DNA from: Raphidiopsis brookii D9 | Lineage (GTDB): Bacteria > Cyanobacteriota > Cyanobacteriia > Cyanobacteriales > Nostocaceae | Direction: 5' to 3' | DNA length: 32,000 nt | NCBI GenBank assembly: GCA_000175855.1 | Contig: ACYB01000035.1 | Coordinates: forward strand, 480,001 to 512,000 | Shown: piece by piece, positions 26,071 through 32,000 of the stretch | Position numbering within the stretch: the stretch's first letter is position 1 | Layout of the letters: every line of letters begins with the position of its first letter | Notes under the pieces: generated by a model | The model's input: only the letters and a program-made list of their open reading frames with translations | Told to the model about the DNA's origin: nothing | Database searches by the model: none | Translations under genes and position numbers: made by a program

Positions 26071-26155
26071 ACGGAGAGGGGGAGATTCGAACTCCCGGAG
26101 GTTTTAGCCTCATCCGATTTCAAGTCGGACGCAATCGACCACTCTGCCACCTCTC
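26071..26155 (-). tRNA. tRNA-Ser (anticodon UGA)
   Basis: Hand-folded 85-nt class II tRNA. Acceptor GGAGAGG/CCTCTCC, anticodon stem TCCGA/TCGGA with loop CTTGAAA, long variable arm GAGGCTAAAACCTCC, T-arm GGGAG-TTCGAAT-CTCCC, discriminator G. CCA is not encoded. Confidence 0.92.
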
Positions 26156-26218
26156 CAGACTGTTACAATATAATATTAGGAATTATAGCCAATAATTCAA
26201 TTTTTGGCAATGGTTGGT

Positions 26219-26558
26219 TTAACTTTTGATTCCCCTAGATCCAATCCCCTGGATCAATTGCTTTTGTGCCACAAAGAATAATACTAGTACTGAAACAGTA
26301 GCAATGGTAACTGCTGCCATCATTAATGGCCAGTTATTTGTAAACTGCGATCGCCACTAGGGTAGAATTAGCAAAAACCACTAGAAACCGACCTCTTTCC
26401 CAGGACTCCAGATAATTGGCCCAAGTCCAACTTTTTCCCGTCAACCCCAGACTTTCACTCGCTGAAGAAAAAGAGGTGAGAAAAACAACGATCAAAGGTG
26501 GTAAAATGATGAGTGATCCAGAAAAACTCCAAAAATGTTTGACCTTACCATTCCAGAT
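26219..26558 (-). pseudogene. relic of a carbohydrate-type ABC transporter permease (internal deletion plus frame change, no start codon)
   Basis: Minus-strand translation of 26338-26558: IWNGKVKHFWSFSGSLIILPPLIVVFLTSFSSASESLGLTGKSWTWANYLESWERGRFLVVFANSTLVAIAVYK* (N-terminal TM1 and NS..V region of MalG/UgpE-like permeases). In another frame, 26219-26345 reads QFTNNWPLMMAAVTIATVSVLVLFFVAQKQLIQGIGSRGIKS* (typical permease C-terminus). The roughly 160-aa middle, including the EAA loop, is missing. Confidence 0.6.
26347..26354. repeat. HIP1 octamer GCGATCGC (one of at least 17 copies in the window)
   Basis: Copies located by eye at 2013, 2300, 4698, 7596, 11112, 16403, 17573, 19189, 20337, 22673, 24002, 25663, 26347, 27057, 28865, 29131 and 30165 (start coordinates). 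About 0.5 copies would be expected by chance in 32 kb. Confidence 0.95.
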
Positions 26559-26702
26559 TCAGATGCAACAACATTGTTTATGACTCAAAAATCATTGGTT
26601 TTTCCTAGTATTACCATGGAAATAAGGGTGGGGGGGGACAGAGTTCTATCCTTAAAATTTCAGTCTCAATATAATATAATAGAGTGATGGAGTAAACATG
26701 TC

Positions 26703-27401
26703 ATGCAACAACTAGTTGAACAAATTGAAAAAACTGATTTTCAGAGCGCGAAATATAAAGACGCTTATAGCCGAATTAATGCCATAGTAATTGAGGGTGA
26801 GCAAGAAGCACACGAAAACTATCTCACCCTAGGCGAACTACTACCACCAAATAAAGAGGAACTGAGCAAGTTATCTAAGATGGAAAGTAGACACAAAAAG
26901 GGTTTTGAGTCCTGTGGGCGAAATCTATCTGTTAACCCAGATATGGAATTTGCCCGTCAGTTTTTCTCCCCCCTACATAATAACTTTCAAATCGCGGCTC
27001 AACAAGGTAAAGTTGTTACCTGTCTACTGATCCAATCCCTAATTATTGAGTGCTTTGCGATCGCCGCTTATAATATATATATTCCTGTAGCAGATCCATT
27101 CGCACGTAAAATTACTGAGGGGGTAGTAAAAGAAGAATACACCCATCTTAACTTTGGTGAAGTTTGGTTAAAAGAGAAATTTGAAGCATCAAAGGAGGAG
27201 CTGGAAGTAGCGAACCGTGAAAATCTGCCTATAGTATGGCAAATGCTCAATCAAGTGGCTGAGGATGCCAAAGTATTGGGGATGGAGAAAGATGCCCTAG
27301 TGGAGGACTTTATGATTCAATACGGAGAAGCATTGAGTAATATTGGGTTTACCACCCGGGATATCATGCGTCTTTCGGCTTACGGACTAGCAAGCATATA
27401 G
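26703..27401 (+). CDS. ado: aldehyde-deformylating oxygenase (ADO)
   Basis: Di-iron ferritin-like motifs [10 protein letters not shown] and [11 protein letters not shown]...[11 protein letters not shown], with near-complete collinearity to known ADOs. TATAAT-like boxes lie at 26669-26682 upstream. Confidence 0.95.
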   Translation: MQQLVEQIEKTDFQSAKYKDAYSRINAIVIEGEQEAHENYLTLGELLPPNKEELSKLSKMESRHKKGFESCGRNLSVNPDMEFARQFFSPLHNNFQIAAQQGKVVTCLLIQSLIIECFAIAAYNIYIPVADPFARKITEGVVKEEYTHLNFGEVWLKEKFEASKEELEVANRENLPIVWQMLNQVAEDAKVLGMEKDALVEDFMIQYGEALSNIGFTTRDIMRLSAYGLASI

Positions 27402-27417
27402 CCACAGTTGATCAAAT

Positions 27418-27437
27418 CCTCGGTTGTAAAACCGGGG
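27418..27437 (+). other. stable stem-loop 17 nt after the ado stop (no U-tract)
   Basis: 8-bp stem CCTCGGTT/AACCGGGG (one G-U pair) with GTAA tetraloop, followed by TTACAAATAAGG. May act as an RNA-stability or processing element, or a partial terminator, between ado and aar. Confidence 0.4.
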
Positions 27438-27516
27438 TTACAAATAAGGTATTGTATAGGAAAATTGGTTCTGATTTCTAGTTTCTAGCTTTTAATTGCA
27501 CAATCTTATATCACTA

Positions 27517-28536
27517 ATGTTTGGTCTAATTGGACATCTGACAAGTTTAGAACACGCCCAGTCCGTGGCTCAGGATTTGGGGTACCCGGAATATGCTGAT
27601 CAAGGTCTAGATTTCTGGTGTAGCGCCCCTCCACAAATTGTGGACAATATCACAGTGACCAGCGTCACAGGTCAAAAAATCGAAGGAAAATATGTGGAAT
27701 CCTGCTTTTTACCGGAAATGCTAGCCACTAGACGGATTAAAGCAGCGACGCGAAAAATATTAAATGCTATGGCTCATGCCCAAAAGCATAATATTAACAT
27801 TACAGCTTTAGGCGGATTTTCTTCTATAATTTTTGAGAATTTTAATTTAGAGCAGTTTAAACAAGTTCGTAACCTAACCTTGGAGTTTGAAAGATTTACG
27901 ACGGGTAATACCCACACAGCTTATATTATTTGCCAACAGGTAGAGGTGGCAGCTAAACAGCTGGGTATAGAATTGAGTAAAGCAAATGTGGCAGTATGTG
28001 GAGCAACGGGTGATATTGGGAGTGCAGTTACGCGCTGGTTAGATAAAAAAACCGATGTGCAAGAACTGTTTTTGATTGCCCGCAACCAGGAACGTTTAGA
28101 GAAACTGCAAGCAGAACTGGGACGAGGGAAAATCATGGATCTACAACAAGCTTTACCCGAAGCGGATATTGTGGTTTGGGTAGCAAGTATGCCCAAGGGG
28201 GTGGAAATTGACCCAAAAGTTCTCAAACAACCATGCTTACTAATTGACGGGGGTTACCCAAAAAATCTGGGGACAAAAATTCAACATCCAGGGGTACATG
28301 TGTTGAACGGAGGAATTGTGGAACACTCTTTGGATATTGAGTGGAAGATTATGAAAATAGTCAATATGGATGTCCCTTCACGTCAGTTGTTTGCCTGTTT
28401 TGCTGAATCAATGTTATTGGAATTTGAGAAGTTATATACTAACTTTTCCTGGGGAAGGAATCAGATTACGGTAGACAAAATGGAGCATATAGGTCAACTA
28501 TCCCTCAAGCACGGTTTTAGACCATTATTAGTTTAG
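27517..28536 (+). CDS. aar: long-chain acyl-ACP reductase (AAR)
   Basis: The ATG at 27517 gives the canonical [16 protein letters not shown]-terminus (the track start at 27496 is TTG). Also has the [10 protein letters not shown] Rossmann motif and a C-terminal [14 protein letters not shown] region. Confidence 0.95.
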   Translation: MFGLIGHLTSLEHAQSVAQDLGYPEYADQGLDFWCSAPPQIVDNITVTSVTGQKIEGKYVESCFLPEMLATRRIKAATRKILNAMAHAQKHNINITALGGFSSIIFENFNLEQFKQVRNLTLEFERFTTGNTHTAYIICQQVEVAAKQLGIELSKANVAVCGATGDIGSAVTRWLDKKTDVQELFLIARNQERLEKLQAELGRGKIMDLQQALPEADIVVWVASMPKGVEIDPKVLKQPCLLIDGGYPKNLGTKIQHPGVHVLNGGIVEHSLDIEWKIMKIVNMDVPSRQLFACFAESMLLEFEKLYTNFSWGRNQITVDKMEHIGQLSLKHGFRPLLV

Positions 28537-28587
28537 TAATAATGGCAAATACCTGATAATCAACTGATAACCGATAACTAACAGACC

Positions 28588-29568
28588 ATGGCAAACACTG
28601 AGCGCAAACCCCTACTGTTGGATTTTGAAAAGCCTTTGGCAGAACTGGCCAAAAGGATTGACCAAATTCGCGAATTAGCAGATGAAAATGGTGTGGACGT
28701 ATCCGGGCAAATCCGCCAACTGGAAACTAGGGCAATGCAACTGCGGGAGGAAATATTTAGCAGTTTAACACCGGCCCAAAAACTTCAGGTAGCTCGACAC
28801 CCCCGAAGACCAAGTACCCTGGACTATATCCAGTCTATCACTGATGAGTGGATGGAATTACATGGCGATCGCTGTGGAGGAGACGATCCAGCTTTGGTGG
28901 GTGGTGTGGCACGTTTAGGCGGACAGCCAGTAGTAATGTTAGGTCATCAAAAGGGTAGGGATACTAAGGATAATGTGGCCCGTAACTTTGGCATGGCAGC
29001 TCCGGGAGGATATCGCAAGGCCCTCAGACTCATGGAACATGCCAATAAGTTTTCTATGCCTATTATCACTTTTATTGATACTCCCGGTGCTTGGGCAGGT
29101 ATAGAAGCAGAACACCAAGGACAAGGAGAGGCGATCGCCTATAATTTGAGGCAAATGTTCTGTTTCGATGTACCAATTATTTGTACAGTGATTGGCGAAG
29201 GTGGATCCGGTGGTGCTTTGGGTATTGGAGTGGGAGACAGACTGTTAATGTTTGAACATTCAGTGTACACCGTTGCTACTCCAGAAGCATGTGCTGCAAT
29301 TTTGTGGAAAGATGCTAGTAAAGCTCCACAAGCTGCGGTAGCACTGAAAATCATTTCTCAAGATCTGAAAAATTTAGGTATTATCGACCATATTTTGCCG
29401 GAACCCCTAGGGGGAGCTCACGCAGATCCCCTAACGGCAGCGAATAGTCTTAAACAAGCCCTGTTAAATAGCCTAGATGAATTGAACCGACTAACACCAG
29501 CGGAACGCCGTCAACTCCGTTATGACAAATTTAGAAAAATAGGTGTGTTTCATGAGGTAGGTCACTAG
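28588..29568 (+). CDS. accA: acetyl-CoA carboxylase carboxyltransferase subunit alpha
   Basis: Contains [36 protein letters not shown] and [15 protein letters not shown]. Confidence 0.95.
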   Translation: MANTERKPLLLDFEKPLAELAKRIDQIRELADENGVDVSGQIRQLETRAMQLREEIFSSLTPAQKLQVARHPRRPSTLDYIQSITDEWMELHGDRCGGDDPALVGGVARLGGQPVVMLGHQKGRDTKDNVARNFGMAAPGGYRKALRLMEHANKFSMPIITFIDTPGAWAGIEAEHQGQGEAIAYNLRQMFCFDVPIICTVIGEGGSGGALGIGVGDRLLMFEHSVYTVATPEACAAILWKDASKAPQAAVALKIISQDLKNLGIIDHILPEPLGGAHADPLTAANSLKQALLNSLDELNRLTPAERRQLRYDKFRKIGVFHEVGH

Positions 29569-29939
29569 TACCTTACAGAATAAATTTTCTCCCAAAAATA
29601 ACAACTAACTATATCTAACACAGCAACAATGTTATAATTAGTGGTGGAGTCTTAGAGATTCTTAACAGTCTAGAAAGGACACTTGTCAAAATGCCAACTC
29701 ATCTCTGATAAAGCGCGCAAAAAGCAACCCTGTGTTGACTCTGTTCATCAGAAATTGACACTTATAGTTTTGCTTTAGGTTTTCAAGATATATTCTAATG
29801 TAACCCTAACCACTTACAAGAGGTGCGATGCGAACCGGAACGACTACTCGGCTATCCATCGTGTCTGTTAGGAAAATAACAGAATTAATAAATTAGGGGT
29901 AGGTGGTAGCCCCTAGCACCGGCAAAAATTGGAGATAGA

Positions 29940-30665
29940 ATGAGTTTTGAGAAGAAAAAACGCGCTTTGATTACTGGTGCAAGTGCTGGAATTGGCAAAG
30001 GGACAGCTATAGCCTTTGCTAAAGAGGGGATAGATGTTGCATTAGTGGGCCGTTCCCAAGAAAAATTACAGGGGGTAGTAGCAGCAGCAAAAGCAGCAGG
30101 AGTGGAAGCAAAAGCTTTCGCGGTTGATTTAAGTTGTGTTTCCCAGGTAAAAGCTAAAATTCAGGCGATCGCTGATGAATTTGGAGACATAGATATTTTG
30201 GTCAACAATGCTGGTATGGGATACACTGGCAATTTAAGTGACACCTCCCTAGAAGATTGGCGGAGAGTAATAGACTTAAATCTCACCAGTGTATTTCAGT
30301 GTACGATGGGGATTTTACCCAGAATGAGACAAAGAGGAAAAGGGACAATTATTAACATAGCCTCTATAGCAGCTAAACAGGCCTTTGCTGGATGGGGGGT
30401 TTACTGTGTGAGCAAAGCTGGTTTATTGGCCCTATCTCAGACTTTAGCCCAGGAGGAGAGAGTTCACGGTATTCGAGTGAGCGCAATTTGTCCTGGGGCG
30501 GTCAACACCGAAATTTGGGATACAGAAACAGTAAATGCCAACTTTGACCGCAGTAAGATGTTAACTGCACAGACAGTAGCACAGACAATTCTACATAGTG
30601 CTTTATTACCCCAGGAAGCCGTAATTGAAGAATTAACTCTGATGTCTAACGACGGCGTGCTTTGA
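29940..30665 (+). CDS. SDR-family oxidoreductase (short-chain dehydrogenase)
   Basis: TGASAGIGKG cofactor motif, NNAG, and the catalytic YCVSK (YxxxK). The GGAG Shine-Dalgarno sequence is at 29931-29934. Confidence 0.9.
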   Translation: MSFEKKKRALITGASAGIGKGTAIAFAKEGIDVALVGRSQEKLQGVVAAAKAAGVEAKAFAVDLSCVSQVKAKIQAIADEFGDIDILVNNAGMGYTGNLSDTSLEDWRRVIDLNLTSVFQCTMGILPRMRQRGKGTIINIASIAAKQAFAGWGVYCVSKAGLLALSQTLAQEERVHGIRVSAICPGAVNTEIWDTETVNANFDRSKMLTAQTVAQTILHSALLPQEAVIEELTLMSNDGVL

Positions 30666-30704
30666 CTTGACAATAAACAATGACCAATTATCAAGACTAA
30701 TACC

Positions 30705-31412
30705 ATGACCATTGCTAGTTCTAACGGTTCCAGTCGCTTACAATCTCCGCTGATTCCTGATTTATCGCAAGCTATCAGTACTAGACCTGACCGGAACACT
30801 CATAATGGTAAGCAGCCAGATCTGCACCAACCTTCGGAAGAAAGCATAGAGCAGATGAAAGCAGCTGTGCAAACCATGCTCATAGGTGTAGGAGAAGATC
30901 CGCAGCGAGAAGGACTTCTGAAAACCCCCAAGCGTGTAGCAGAGGCGATGAAATTTCTCACCAGTGGTTATAATCAGTCCTTAGAGGAACTGGTCAACGG
31001 TGCGATTTTTGACGAGGGGCACGAAGAGATGGTGTTAGTGCGAGATATCAACTTCTTCAGTCTTTGTGAACATCACATGCTACCATTTATGGGTAGGGCA
31101 CACGTTGCTTACATTCCCAATAAAAAAGTAGTTGGGTTAAGTAAACTAGCCAGAATTGTAGAGATGTATGCTCGTCGTTTACAAGTGCAAGAAAGATTAA
31201 CCCGACAAATTGCAGAAGCGGTTCAAACTATTCTTGAACCCAAGGGTGTAGCTGTGGTGATGGAAGCCACCCACATGTGTATGGTAATGCGCGGGGTACA
31301 AAAACCTGGATCCTGGACCGTTACCAGCTCTATGATTGGTGTATTCCAAGACGAGCAAAAAACCCGGGAGGAATTTTTGAACTTGATTCGTCACCAAGCA
31401 GCATTCTTTTAG
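30705..31412 (+). CDS. folE: GTP cyclohydrolase I (FolE)
   Basis: Contains [32 protein letters not shown] and [13 protein letters not shown]. Confidence 0.95.
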   Translation: MTIASSNGSSRLQSPLIPDLSQAISTRPDRNTHNGKQPDLHQPSEESIEQMKAAVQTMLIGVGEDPQREGLLKTPKRVAEAMKFLTSGYNQSLEELVNGAIFDEGHEEMVLVRDINFFSLCEHHMLPFMGRAHVAYIPNKKVVGLSKLARIVEMYARRLQVQERLTRQIAEAVQTILEPKGVAVVMEATHMCMVMRGVQKPGSWTVTSSMIGVFQDEQKTREEFLNLIRHQAAFF

Positions 31413-31456
31413 GTTTAAGGGGAAATGGGGAATTTGGGGAAAACAAAACAGGGAGA

Positions 31457-31530
31457 CGGGACTGGTGCGACTTGAACGCACGACCTGTCGCTTAGGAGGC
31501 GACCGCTCTATCCAACTGAGCTACAACCCC
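31457..31530 (-). tRNA. tRNA-Arg (anticodon CCU)
   Basis: Hand-folded 74-nt cloverleaf. Acceptor GGGGTTG/CAGTCCC (two G-U pairs), D-arm GCTC-AGTTGGATA-GAGC, anticodon stem GTCGC/GCGAC with loop CTCCTAA, T-arm GTGCG-TTCAAGT-CGCAC, discriminator G. Confidence 0.9.
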
Positions 31531-31584
31531 AAGAAAGTAAAAAATTGCTCCCCAATAAACTCCCTAGCAATTGTAACCTAGTTT

Positions 31585-32000
<416 letters not shown>

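Noticed and set aside
26166-26677. 11-bp direct repeat CAATATAATAT at 26166-26176 and 26667-26677, flanking the permease relic (possible target-site duplication or deletion scar)
   Set aside because: Both copies are simple AT-rich -10-like promoter sequence (for tRNA-Ser on the minus strand and ado on the plus strand). A chance match is plausible, and no inverted terminal repeats or transposase remnant are present.
30464-30799. 111-aa minus-strand ORF bridging the SDR 3' end and the folE 5' end
   Set aside because: It is antisense to two well-supported genes and shows no motif.

Overview
This 32-kb window reads as core chromosome of a cyanobacterium, probably Nostocales-like. Support: at least 17 copies of the HIP1 octamer GCGATCGC; photosynthesis, NDH-1 and carbon-related genes (psaI, ndhF, pxcA, rbcR/ycf30, tocopherol cyclase); and the canonical cyanobacterial alkane locus ado-aar-accA-SDR-folE. 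I call 29 protein-coding genes (one cut by the window end, one shorter than the ORF-track cutoff), 2 tRNAs (Ser-UGA, Arg-CCU), one decayed gene relic and a few hairpins or palindromes. I saw no rRNA, CRISPR array, transposase, integrase or prophage signature. Many ORF-track starts are GTG/TTG extensions, and I re-set them to internal ATGs where the conserved N-terminus is recognisable. All family calls come from motif recognition in the translations; no database search was possible. I do not see an unambiguous new system. The best candidate is at the left end: an archaeal/eukaryotic-type XPB (ERCC3)-like helicase translationally coupled to a Bax1/DUF790-type nuclease. It sits directly behind msrA and next to a motif-degenerate UvrD-like protein. 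Other points worth a second look: an apparent 1-nt frameshift cutting off the N-terminus of the pyrF-pyrE fusion; an internally deleted sugar-ABC permease relic between tRNA-Ser and ado; a roughly 370-nt hairpin-rich leader upstream of the SDR gene; a Tat-lipoprotein YedY-like molybdoenzyme with a cytochrome b partner near modBC; and a 602-aa orphan protein downstream of rbcR.
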